DNA of 13,609 bases from the NCBI GenBank assembly GCA_044236265.1, contig JBIIGV010000077.1:1-13609 (forward strand). Reading direction: 5' to 3'. The notes under the pieces are model-generated. The model had not been told where the DNA came from and ran no database searches. It was given only the letters and a program-made list of their open reading frames with translations. This stretch comes from Oligoflexales bacterium. Lineage in GTDB: Bacteria > Bdellovibrionota_B > Oligoflexia > Oligoflexales > RGVZ01. The position numbers and the translations under genes were made by a program. This document shows, piece after piece, positions 1 to 8,239 of this stretch. Every line of letters begins with the position of its first letter. Positions within the stretch are counted from its first letter, which is position 1.

Positions 1-504
1 GGGTTCATACTGATCTTTAATGAGTCTAAAGATAAAAGCTGGGAGCTCGAATATCTACAAGGCCGTGTTTCTGCACCACTTGGGATTGTGGATCTTGGTT
101 CTTTCAGAGAGCGTAGGGTTTCCGTTTTTAAAAGGTCTTTTTGGGGCACTAACAGCTTTTCAGGTTATTTTGGTTTGAGTTGGAATAAGTTTGATGTCAT
201 TCTCGGCGATGAGACGTTATCAAAGCTCTCGAACGGTGCGGCTCCATCTGGTCGTGCTTTGAGTCTCGAGTCCATTGGGATCAATATGGGCCTAGGAAAT
301 CGGTGGACAATCGGGAAAGGCTTTACATATGGCGTTGACTGGCTTGGTTGGTCACAACCACTTTTTACGTTAAACCAGGAGTCATCCGTTTTAGATCAGG
401 CTTCGAATGGGACGGAAAGAGAGCGGATCGACAAAATCCTCAATGTGGCGACTTATTTTCCGAGGATTTATGTGCTGAAGATGCAATTAGGTTGGACTTT
501 CTGA
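1..504 (+). CDS. Partial (5'-truncated) hypothetical protein, probable outer-membrane beta-barrel
   Basis: Frame 1 is open from base 1 (GFILIFNESKDKSWELEYLQGRVSAPLGIVDLG...) to TGA at 502-504, so the start lies upstream of the window and 88 is not the true start. It has amphipathic beta-strand patterns (SFSGYFGLSW, IGINMGLGNRW, FTYGVDW) and a C-terminal LKMQLGWTF with terminal Phe, like a BAM beta-signal. Confidence 0.7.
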   Translation, partial: GFILIFNESKDKSWELEYLQGRVSAPLGIVDLGSFRERRVSVFKRSFWGTNSFSGYFGLSWNKFDVILGDETLSKLSNGAAPSGRALSLESIGINMGLGNRWTIGKGFTYGVDWLGWSQPLFTLNQESSVLDQASNGTERERIDKILNVATYFPRIYVLKMQLGWTF

Positions 505-547
505 TGCGCTCAACCGAAGTCGCTCACATTAGAACTTAAATTCAGGT

Positions 548-724
548 TCAAGGATTTGAGCTTGCCGCATTCTTAGCGGCTTTTTCGTCACTATCTAGCT
601 GGACCTCGATCTCCTTAAGATGTGATTTGTCGATATTATTGGGTTCTCCCCGGGCCCGAAGGAGCATAACCCTCGCATCGGCGATGTCGCGATGCTTTTG
701 ATATTCAAGGCATATGATGCACAT
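548..724 (-). CDS. Small hypothetical protein (58 aa) with N-terminal CxxC (MCIICLEYQK...)
   Basis: ATG at 724 is preceded by the purine-rich RBS GAAGGGGG about 5 nt upstream, so I prefer it over the track start at 763. The sequence is helical and charged, with CxxC and a later His (IDKSHL). Confidence 0.7.
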   Translation of the reverse strand: MCIICLEYQKHRDIADARVMLLRARGEPNNIDKSHLKEIEVQLDSDEKAAKNAASSNP

Positions 725-900
725 AAGTTCCCCCTTCTTTTCCCTACAATAGGGATTCGTCATCCAACGTTAAATCCTGAGTCTGTCTGTCAAGGTGCTG
801 AATGTACAGTATTATTCGGCGTTAAAACGAGATTTGCTGCTGGTTGCCTGTGATATTGGTGGCAATCAGAGACCTAACAGGTGCTCTCGTAATATACCAA

Positions 901-1572
901 CTACTGGCGATCATTAGATTCGTTCAGCTTTTTGAGTCCCGGTAAGAAAACACCAGAGAACTGCCTTAAGTGGTCCCGAAGACGTTGTGCTATTTCAGGC
1001 AGGGTATGACGCTCGGGATCGATAGCAACCTCAGTTCTGATGGCCGCGATCGGCGCAGTAAACTGAGTGCTCATCCATTCGGGATCAGTTTTTACGGCGA
1101 TACCGTTTTTGATTAGCCATGCAGCGAGCTCGGTGAGTTTCTGGCGCATAGGCTTTTGAATGGCGTCCAGCGTAAGATGCTTTGGAATATTGCCGGTGAG
1201 ATTTTCAAGTAGCATCAATCGAAAAAATTTATTTTCTTCTTGATCAAACCACCGTTCCGCCAGCTTGTTTAAAGCATTCTCGGCGAAGGTCCATGGCGAC
1301 TTTGCGGCTGAAAGGACATCCAAATTCTCGGAGGCTGCAAAAACGGCTTTGGGTCCAAAAAGCTCAAAAAGATCTTCGAGGATTTCCTGTTTACTCTTGA
1401 AGTGACTATAAAGTGCGGGGTCGCTAATTCCAACTTGGCTTGCAATCTGCCGGATGGATGTTGCTTCAAAACCTTGTTGGGAAAATAAATCGAGAGCCGC
1501 AGAGAGAATCTCTCTGCGGCGATTTTGGCTGTCGCTTTTTGGCGGCCTGCCTAGGCGGCGTTTTTGTTTCAT
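901..1572 (-). CDS. TetR/AcrR family transcriptional regulator
   Basis: Classic N-terminal HTH: GRPPK...RREILSAALDLFSQQGFEATSIRQIASQVGISDPALYSHFKSKQEIL. Its start overlaps the upstream gene's stop (ATGA at 1569-1572). Confidence 0.96.
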   Translation of the reverse strand: MKQKRRLGRPPKSDSQNRRREILSAALDLFSQQGFEATSIRQIASQVGISDPALYSHFKSKQEILEDLFELFGPKAVFAASENLDVLSAAKSPWTFAENALNKLAERWFDQEENKFFRLMLLENLTGNIPKHLTLDAIQKPMRQKLTELAAWLIKNGIAVKTDPEWMSTQFTAPIAAIRTEVAIDPERHTLPEIAQRLRDHLRQFSGVFLPGLKKLNESNDRQ

Positions 1573-2459
1573 GTGGGCGTACTTATTTGCGAAGATGTTT
1601 TTCTAGAGCCATCGTGGCTCCATCCGGGTCTGTCAAAAAGATATTTGACCAAAATTTCGGGCTCTCGCCAATGAGCTTTGATATCCTCGAGGATATTCAT
1701 CCATTCATGAAGGGCTACATAAATTGGATTGCGTGAATTTAGTGGTTTTACAAGGCCGTACTTAATGGGCTCGCCATGCTTTTCGCTGATAAATGTACCA
1801 AACAGTTTATCAAAGATAATGAGCACCCCACCGTAATTGGCGTCCAGATAATGGGGGTTTGAGGCGTGGTGAACCCGATGATGGCTGGGTGTGTTAAATA
1901 GGTGCTCTAACGGACCTAAGCGTCCAAACATCTCGGTGTGGAGCCAGTATTGATACAGTAAATTGAGTGAAAACATCCCCAAAATGTCTGTGGTGTGAAA
2001 TCCTGCGAGAAAGAGGGGAGCAAACACAAGCATGGCTCCTGAAATATTTTGCGTCCATCCGAGGCGTTCAGCGGTCATAAAGTTCATGCTGTTAGGGGAG
2101 TGGTGTACAGCGTGAGTGGCCCAAAACCATCGAATTTCATGGCTCCAGCGATGAAACCAGTAGTATAAAAATTCGAGACTTAGAAACAGCAGCGCAACTC
2201 GACCCCATTGCCAACTATCGCCGACTCGCAAGGGCATGTCGGCGATTTTATATTTTTCTAACCAAGGTCCAATTTGGGCTAATAAAGGTCCACCGATCGC
2301 CAATAAAACCAAATTACGAATGATCATATCTGCGATGGAGACAGCGCTCTCCGTCCAATTGTAGGCTCGCTTTTTGTAACGATGCCACAAGACTTCCATG
2401 AGACCTAAACCGAGAAAGTACAACAACACGATGGGACCAAAATGTAGAAGACCGTCCAT
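1569..2459 (-). CDS. Sterol desaturase / fatty acid hydroxylase family membrane di-iron enzyme (alkylglycerol monooxygenase-like)
   Basis: His boxes YYWFHRWSHE, WATHAVHHS, YWLHTE and NTPSHHRVHH; YLDANYGGVLIIFDKLFGTF; several TM segments; RBS AAGGAG at 2467-2472 (minus strand). Confidence 0.93.
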   Translation of the reverse strand: MDGLLHFGPIVLLYFLGLGLMEVLWHRYKKRAYNWTESAVSIADMIIRNLVLLAIGGPLLAQIGPWLEKYKIADMPLRVGDSWQWGRVALLFLSLEFLYYWFHRWSHEIRWFWATHAVHHSPNSMNFMTAERLGWTQNISGAMLVFAPLFLAGFHTTDILGMFSLNLLYQYWLHTEMFGRLGPLEHLFNTPSHHRVHHASNPHYLDANYGGVLIIFDKLFGTFISEKHGEPIKYGLVKPLNSRNPIYVALHEWMNILEDIKAHWREPEILVKYLFDRPGWSHDGSRKTSSQISTPT

Positions 2460-2502
2460 AAGATTGCTCCTTTGCTATCTACACGATTAGTCTATCACTA
2501 TA

Positions 2503-2532
2503 AATTAGCGATCGCTAGTTAATTTAATTAAC
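2503..2532. promoter_or_regulatory. Tandem palindromes, candidate TetR operator(s)
   Basis: Perfect 12-bp palindrome TAGCGATCGCTA (2506-2517), extending to AATTAGCGATCGCTAGTT (2503-2520) with one mismatched pair. It abuts the perfect 7-1-7 inverted repeat GTTAATT-T-AATTAAC (2518-2532). Both lie about 45-75 bp upstream of the hydroxylase-tetR operon. Confidence 0.55.
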
Positions 2533-2621
2533 ATGTAAATACGCTGGTTTAGCTATAGCCGGCGAAGGTTTTAGCTTTGAGTCGACCCTATGATATTGAG
2601 TATGGCTGCTGTGTTAGCTGA

Positions 2622-3980
2622 TCAGTTTCCCGTGACGCTAACCCCGTCAACCACCATCCACGGCATCTGCATCGAGCCTGAAAGGTCTTCTGTAACGGTT
2701 GAGACGGCCTGGACTTTGTTGAGAACCTCAAACAAGTTACCTGCGATCATGGTTTCAGCGACAGCGCCCACGTCTTTGCCATTTTTGAAATAACGGCTTG
2801 ATTTTGCAACCCCAGAAAAATCACCTTTGATCGGATCAATATTTCCGGAAAACCGATCGACGACTAAAAGCTCAGGGCGCGCGTTCATCATGGCGGTAAG
2901 ATTATCTTTGCCGGGTTTGCACATGAGAGCAAAAGGGCCACCTGACGTCGCCGTTGACTTTGATTTGCATCTGTTTGCGGTGTAGCAATCGTGAAGATGC
3001 GTCATCAATACGCCATTTTCGATCAGCGTTCTTTTGGCGGTGGGTAAACCGTCTCCATCAAATGCGGTAGCTCCAGAAAAGCGTTCGTTATGAGGATCGT
3101 CACTTAGGTGAATCATATTTGATACTACCTGGGATCCGATCTTCTCGTGCCATTGGCTCTTACCATCCATAACACTGGATCCAGCCATGTGATAAAGCAT
3201 GGTGCCAAGAAGAATTTCTTCCACGGCGCGCGGCGTGAGCAGAACAAGACCTTTGTAAGTAGGGGCTTTGATGGGGCGGAGATTTCTCACGACTTTTTCA
3301 GTGAACTCATCGCACTGTTTGAGGGCTAGCTCGAGAGATCCATCCCATGAGTATGCGCTTCTGCCATCGTAGTCAAATCCGCTGACGTCATTGCCATCAA
3401 CGGCCATGCCCATAAAGCTCCAACTAACTGCCGACTGTGTTTCAGTTTGTCTAACGCCAAGCGAGTTATAGAGGCCGTGCCACATACAGGATGTGCTGAC
3501 TTCAAGACGGTCAATCGCAACCCGTTTATCTTTGGTGAGGCGCGCAAGCATCGCCTGCGTAAATTCCTGCAAGTCTTTTAGAGAGATTTCACTGGTGCGA
3601 TCATTCCACATAAAACTCAATGGTTTTGTGGATGGAGCCTCGGTTGCTGCAGGCATAATCAAGAAAGGGTCGGGCACTGAGAATCGAGCAAGGGACAAAG
3701 CATCAGTTACAGCGCGCTGCAAAGATGGCTCTTGAGCGTTGTTCAGCGCAGCCGATCCTTTGCGTTGGTCTTTGTGAACAAGCAGCCCGATCTTTTGACT
3801 CTCCAGGGTGTTAGCCAGAGTAAACTCTTTGTTTTCAACGACGAGTCTTTTCTCTACGGTGCAGCTTGCAGAAACCTTCGTGCGGTCAGCCGCCTGGGAC
3901 TTCGCATAGTCAAGTGTTGCCTGAGCAGCTCGATCGAGCTTCTGCGAGAGTTCGCTGATGGTGTTTTTGGTCTCACTCAT
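2622..3980 (-). CDS. pmbA: TldE/PmbA family protein (non-catalytic partner of TldD), 452 aa
   Basis: Motifs FDGDGLPT...LIENGVL, GNIDPIKGDFSG and ETMIAGNLFEVL; no HExxxH. The true start is ATG at 3980 (MSETKN), which overlaps the tldD stop (ATGA) and has GGAGG at 3990-3994. The track extension to 4082 lies inside tldD. Confidence 0.92.
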   Translation of the reverse strand: MSETKNTISELSQKLDRAAQATLDYAKSQAADRTKVSASCTVEKRLVVENKEFTLANTLESQKIGLLVHKDQRKGSAALNNAQEPSLQRAVTDALSLARFSVPDPFLIMPAATEAPSTKPLSFMWNDRTSEISLKDLQEFTQAMLARLTKDKRVAIDRLEVSTSCMWHGLYNSLGVRQTETQSAVSWSFMGMAVDGNDVSGFDYDGRSAYSWDGSLELALKQCDEFTEKVVRNLRPIKAPTYKGLVLLTPRAVEEILLGTMLYHMAGSSVMDGKSQWHEKIGSQVVSNMIHLSDDPHNERFSGATAFDGDGLPTAKRTLIENGVLMTHLHDCYTANRCKSKSTATSGGPFALMCKPGKDNLTAMMNARPELLVVDRFSGNIDPIKGDFSGVAKSSRYFKNGKDVGAVAETMIAGNLFEVLNKVQAVSTVTEDLSGSMQMPWMVVDGVSVTGN

Positions 3981-5374
3981 GATTGACGACCTCCGACGTT
4001 GATTTCGCAGCGGATATAAGGTCCACCGGCGTCTACTTTGGCTGGTTGTCCTTTGCCACAGTGACCGGTGCCGAGGTCCCACTGAAATTCTGAGCTGACT
4101 GCGTCGACGGTTTTCAAAACATCAAAGGCAATTCCAGAGAGAGTTGCTTCCCGAAGAAGATTTGTCTTTTTACCGTTTTTAATTTCCCAAACGTGGCTAC
4201 AGCCGAACATAAACTCACCGTTACTGTCAGCTTGGCCGCTGCCAGCGCCCTCAACCAGGTAGCCATCGTTCATCGTAGCGATCATGTCAGCCAATTTTGA
4301 TTGGCCCGGCAACAGGTACGTGTTTCGCATTCTTATGAGTGGCTCATCGGAGAAAAGCCAGGCTCTTGAATTACCAGTCGGGTTGACTCCAAATTCAGCG
4401 GCAGTCTCGCGGTTGTGCAGGTAGCTAACGAGTTTGCCGTCTTTGATGATGATCGTGTTTTCAGTTTCAACACCTTCATCGTCAAATGGCAGATTTCCGA
4501 CGGCGTAGCCCGCAATCGACTCCTGACCACTATCGGCCATCGTGACGAGGGGGCTTGCCACTGCTTGACCAATTTTGCCTGCTGCTACCGATCCGGCCTT
4601 CACAAAGTCAGCTTCAACTGTGTGTCCAATGGCTTCATGACATAAGAGTCCAACAACAGCGGGAGCAAGAATCACTTTCTTGCGGCCACCTTCTGGGTAC
4701 TTTGCGTCCAGCAAATCGACCGTGGTCTTGGCGATGTCATCAACGACGTGATTGAGAGTGGGGTGATTGAAGAGGCATGTCCATCCACCGCTGACGCCAG
4801 CGCCTTTGCCGCCGGTGGCGCGCTGTCCGTCTTTTTCGGCAATGGCAGATAAGGATAATTCAGGTTGTGCGATTTTGAGTGAGCAGTTTGCGCCGTCAGA
4901 CGTGACAATGGCTTTTTCTTCCATGTATTCGGTGTAGCGAACTTTTGCAGTGTGCATACGCTGGGATGATTTTGCGAGTTGTTTTTCGAGGTCAATGACT
5001 TTCCCGAGTTTGTCAGCAATTTGCATTTGTTGAAGCTCTGCAAATCCATCACCCACGAAATCCTTGGTGCAAAGTCTCCCTGTTTTTAGAGCGATCGTGT
5101 GACCCTTGCGAGCTTTTGCGAGAAGCGCAGCATTGGCTTGCGCTTGCTGAATGGCTCGTTTGATAGAGGGCTCACTAATATCTGCTGTGGCCGCAAATCC
5201 CCAAGCGCCGTCGACGAGTGCCCTAACACCAACTCCTTCAGTTGTCGATGTATTGGCGACATCGACGCGACCCTTGGTGGCAACGAAAGACTGGCTTGTG
5301 CGTTTGTGCCAGCGCAGTTCAACGTAGCCTGACTGACGGTGCACAAGATTATGTAGAATTTGCTTCATGGACAT
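3977..5374 (-). CDS. tldD: TldD metalloprotease
   Basis: EGVGVRALVDGAWGFA, metal-binding HEAIGH(TVEAD), FDDEG, TGNSRA...PLIRMRNTY, and C-terminal GHCGKGQ with the conserved Cys ligand. RBS GAGGGGAG at 5382-5389. Confidence 0.96.
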   Translation of the reverse strand: MSMKQILHNLVHRQSGYVELRWHKRTSQSFVATKGRVDVANTSTTEGVGVRALVDGAWGFAATADISEPSIKRAIQQAQANAALLAKARKGHTIALKTGRLCTKDFVGDGFAELQQMQIADKLGKVIDLEKQLAKSSQRMHTAKVRYTEYMEEKAIVTSDGANCSLKIAQPELSLSAIAEKDGQRATGGKGAGVSGGWTCLFNHPTLNHVVDDIAKTTVDLLDAKYPEGGRKKVILAPAVVGLLCHEAIGHTVEADFVKAGSVAAGKIGQAVASPLVTMADSGQESIAGYAVGNLPFDDEGVETENTIIIKDGKLVSYLHNRETAAEFGVNPTGNSRAWLFSDEPLIRMRNTYLLPGQSKLADMIATMNDGYLVEGAGSGQADSNGEFMFGCSHVWEIKNGKKTNLLREATLSGIAFDVLKTVDAVSSEFQWDLGTGHCGKGQPAKVDAGGPYIRCEINVGGRQS

Positions 5375-5403
5375 GTTCGGACTCCCCTCAACTAGGTAGC
5401 CAA

Positions 5404-5431
5404 ACTATATCATGAAATTGAAGGATGTCAT
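5404..5431 (-). promoter_or_regulatory. Putative sigma-70 promoter for tldD-pmbA
   Basis: Minus strand reads ATGACA-N16-TATAGT with an extended -10 TG (TGATATAGT), about 30 bp upstream of the tldD ATG. An AT-rich palindrome AAAATTATAATTTT (5440-5453) lies just upstream. Confidence 0.45.
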
Positions 5432-5456
5432 TAATTGTAAAAATTATAATTTTACT

Positions 5457-6425
5457 CTAATTGGAACAGGAAAATGCGGCTAATGTGCTTTCAATTTCCT
5501 GTTTTGTCATCTTGCTTTCCGGGACAACAATGGTGAAATAGTCCCTCTTGATCTCTTTACTTCCTGTATTTGAGTGAATGAGATCAATTGGATCGTTGCC
5601 TCTTTTCTGTAAAAAAGCAACGTGACAGCCATTTTCTGTATTGGCAAACCGCCGGGCGGATCCAAGGTCAGCTTGGACCGACTTTGCGCAGAATTTTTCA
5701 CGCGAAATCGACGCGCCACTCGCTCTCTCAATTTTAGGAGATCCGACAAACGGAAGCCAGCTAGTTTCCTTAACAGGCGCATCGCCCTCTTTGAGTGAGC
5801 CGTCTGGATGGCAAAAACGCTGTGGCTGAAGCCAATCTAGCGCATTGATCATTGAGCCCGCAAAACCGTCTGCGACCCATACGCCCGAGACATCTCTAAG
5901 CGCCATATAAGTGGGTTGGGCCTCCATCGACGCCTGTTTTGTACAGGGAAGCTTCGCGCCTTCGCATACAAGCTCATCCATTCCAGATTTGTTTTTGTAT
6001 GCGACAATAAATCTAGAACGAGCCGTTTCAGTTTTAGGTAACTCAAATAGGGCCTGGTAGCCCGATGCTGTATTTTCTTTGGTCGGAGCCGAATATGTTC
6101 CACCGTTTACACTTTTGAAAAACTTAACCTTATTTTCTGCGGTCGGCAGAATGAGGTTTCCTTCGGGAGTTCTAAATTTACATCCGACCGCGTCGTTGGC
6201 CGGAGGGGGGGGGTCTTTGGTGGAAACCTCGCAACTGAGGTAGGCGCCGGTTACAATTTTCGGATCCTTCGCCTCTTTATCGGCTTCATTGTTCCCCTCT
6301 TTACGTTCACGTTTTTTGATCAGGTTATTGCCGCCACCAGACATTGAGGTACCGCCGCAGCTAGCTAGCAGGATAGCAACAGAAAACAGCGCCGTAAGAG
6401 CAGTTGTTGTACGTGTGATCTGCAT
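5457..6425 (-). CDS. Hypothetical Cys-rich lipoprotein
   Basis: Signal peptide with lipobox LASC (Cys23), a Gly/charged tether, then eight further Cys. RBS AGGAGG at 6434-6439. I recognise no catalytic motif. Confidence 0.85.
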   Translation of the reverse strand: MQITRTTTALTALFSVAILLASCGGTSMSGGGNNLIKKRERKEGNNEADKEAKDPKIVTGAYLSCEVSTKDPPPPANDAVGCKFRTPEGNLILPTAENKVKFFKSVNGGTYSAPTKENTASGYQALFELPKTETARSRFIVAYKNKSGMDELVCEGAKLPCTKQASMEAQPTYMALRDVSGVWVADGFAGSMINALDWLQPQRFCHPDGSLKEGDAPVKETSWLPFVGSPKIERASGASISREKFCAKSVQADLGSARRFANTENGCHVAFLQKRGNDPIDLIHSNTGSKEIKRDYFTIVVPESKMTKQEIESTLAAFSCSN

Positions 6426-6456
6426 ACCGTGAACCTCCTGAGAACCAGTCAGAAGG

Positions 6457-6484
6457 TTTTCGGCACTGGTAAGGTCGAATATTA
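6457..6484 (-). promoter_or_regulatory. Possible sigma-28 (FliA)-type promoter for the lipoprotein gene
   Basis: Minus strand reads TAAT-N16-GCCGAAAA versus the consensus TAAA-N15-GCCGATAA. The -10 box is a 7/8 match, about 30 bp upstream of the ATG. Confidence 0.4.
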
Positions 6485-6579
6485 GACATTCTTTCGCTGG
6501 CCCTTCAATGAACTGAATTTATTGATTTATTCCCGCATTCCACAGCCTCAATTAGAAACCCATCCGATTGTTCTTTAGG

Positions 6580-6608
6580 TTGATGGACACTGCATTGAAG
6601 GGTATCTT
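6580..6608 (+). promoter_or_regulatory. Putative sigma-70 promoter for the pepA operon
   Basis: TTGATG-N17-TATCTT, about 70 bp upstream of the ATG at 6681. Confidence 0.4.
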
Positions 6609-6680
6609 GGGGGGCCGAATTATATGAGTCGTTTCGACTGCTTAGCGAATTAAAGCGGGCTTAGAGAGTATGGAGTTTTT

Positions 6681-8216
6681 ATGAAGCCGATTTCCCTTGA
6701 AGTTGAGGTGGTTACATCCCTTGGAGATTTAAGTCCGGATGGAATGCTGGTCGTACTGCCTGTGGATAGTAAGGAACCCTCTAAGCCTGACAACTTAGCT
6801 AAAACCCTGCCAGCTAGTTTTAAGGCTGAATTTTTGACTGTCGCCAAGAAGCGAAAGTTCACAGGCAAGCCGGGGGCATCCCTCGTATTTGATGGCGCTG
6901 ACGGCATACGTAAAGGGGTATTGTGTGTTGACCTAAAATGCAGTTTGTTTGAACTGCTAACTATCGCTCGAAAAAACGTTGATTCAGTCGTATTTGATGC
7001 GCATGTTAAAAATCTCGCAGTTGATCTGACCAATGTTGGTGCCAAGGGTGACGAGATTGCAGATGCGTGGATTTCAGCGGCGGCTGCCAAGCTCTATAAA
7101 TTTCCGAAGTACAAAACTCCCAAAAAAGTAAAAGACAAATCTGAGGATGACGAGGCAGAAGATCTCTCTGTAGTCTTTGTTGTTGGAACGCCGCGCGTCG
7201 CCTCAGTGGAGGGCTCAGTTGCCCGCGCATTGAATGCGACAACCTCGGGGACCAATCTCGTGCGCTGGTTGGCAAAACGTTCCGGCAATGATCTGACTTG
7301 TAAAGCTTATATAGATTATCTGCGTCACTTGAGCAAAGAGCGCAAATGGTCTTTCAAACATCACGATCATGACGCATTAACAAAAATGAAAGCTGGCGCA
7401 TTCTTGGCTGTTGTCAAAGGGTCTGAACACAAGGACTACGGTATCGTCGAACTGACGTACACCCCAAAATCAAAATCAGCTAAACATCTCGCTCTAGTTG
7501 GTAAAGGAATGGTGTTTGATACCGGAGGCCATTGTTTGAAACCGTCAGCTTATATGCTTGGCATGCACGGTGATATGGCTGGAAGTGCCGTTGCTCTGGC
7601 GGTCTTAAATGTCGCATCACTGGAGTCATGGCCCGTAAAAGTTACGGCTTATTTGGCTGTGGCCGACAATATGATTGGTCCAAAATCTTACAAGCCAAAT
7701 GATGTGATCACATCGATGAAGGGTACAACCATTGAGATCATTGACACGGATGCTGAAGGACGGATGGTGCTGGCAGATACATTGCATTTTGCAGCCCAGA
7801 CAAAACCAGCTTTGATGATGGATTTTGCGACCTTGACGGGTGCGTGTATGCGCGCCATTGGGACGACTTACTCGGGAGTGTTTACAAACCGTGATGAATT
7901 GCATGCCGATTTGATCAAAGCCGGTAAAAAAAGTGGTGAGAGGGTTTGGCCGTTTCCGATGGATAAGGACTTCGCAGAATGCCTCGAGAGCACTGTGGCA
8001 GACTACAAACAATGCAGGGAAAAAGGTGGTGTGGATCACATCGAAGCGTCGCAGTTTTTGATGCATTTTGCCGGAGATCATTCACCTTGGGTCCATGTGG
8101 ATCTCTCGGCGATTGAGCACAGTGGTGGTTTAGCGCATGTCCCAACTGAAGAAACCGGTTTCGGCGTTCGTTTCGCGACAACCTTTCTTCGGGACCATTT
8201 CGGCATAAAACATTGA
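6681..8216 (+). CDS. pepA: M17 family leucyl aminopeptidase
   Basis: LVGKGMVFDTGG..LKP, MHGDMAG, DTDAEGRMVLAD, DFATLTGAC, GERVWPFP and WVHVDL. All metal and catalytic residues (K, D, K, D, D, E, R) are present. RBS GGAG at 6672-6675. Confidence 0.95.
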   Translation: MKPISLEVEVVTSLGDLSPDGMLVVLPVDSKEPSKPDNLAKTLPASFKAEFLTVAKKRKFTGKPGASLVFDGADGIRKGVLCVDLKCSLFELLTIARKNVDSVVFDAHVKNLAVDLTNVGAKGDEIADAWISAAAAKLYKFPKYKTPKKVKDKSEDDEAEDLSVVFVVGTPRVASVEGSVARALNATTSGTNLVRWLAKRSGNDLTCKAYIDYLRHLSKERKWSFKHHDHDALTKMKAGAFLAVVKGSEHKDYGIVELTYTPKSKSAKHLALVGKGMVFDTGGHCLKPSAYMLGMHGDMAGSAVALAVLNVASLESWPVKVTAYLAVADNMIGPKSYKPNDVITSMKGTTIEIIDTDAEGRMVLADTLHFAAQTKPALMMDFATLTGACMRAIGTTYSGVFTNRDELHADLIKAGKKSGERVWPFPMDKDFAECLESTVADYKQCREKGGVDHIEASQFLMHFAGDHSPWVHVDLSAIEHSGGLAHVPTEETGFGVRFATTFLRDHFGIKH

Positions 8217-8239
8217 TCGGCGAGGCCTTGAGGTTAACT

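Noticed and set aside
767..793. TTGACA...TAACGT on the minus strand upstream of the CxxC small gene
   Set aside because: The -35 is perfect but the spacer is only 15 bp, so it is not called as a promoter. The nearby GCCGAATA (813-820) lacks a properly spaced FliA -35.
3981..4082. 34-aa N-terminal extension of the PmbA ORF in the track
   Set aside because: It overlaps the tldD 3' end. ATG 3980 has a GGAGG RBS and an ATGA overlap, so it is the better start.
2622..5374. TldD/E as part of a RiPP (microcin-like) biosynthetic cluster
   Set aside because: No YcaO, radical SAM, lanthipeptide enzyme, exporter or Gly/Ser/Cys-rich precursor is present in the window.
6650..8181. Antisense ORFs of 64-151 aa opposite pepA, and similar shadow ORFs over tldD, pmbA, the fusion and the last genes
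   Set aside because: They overlap well-supported genes and show no recognisable motifs; best explained as shadow frames.
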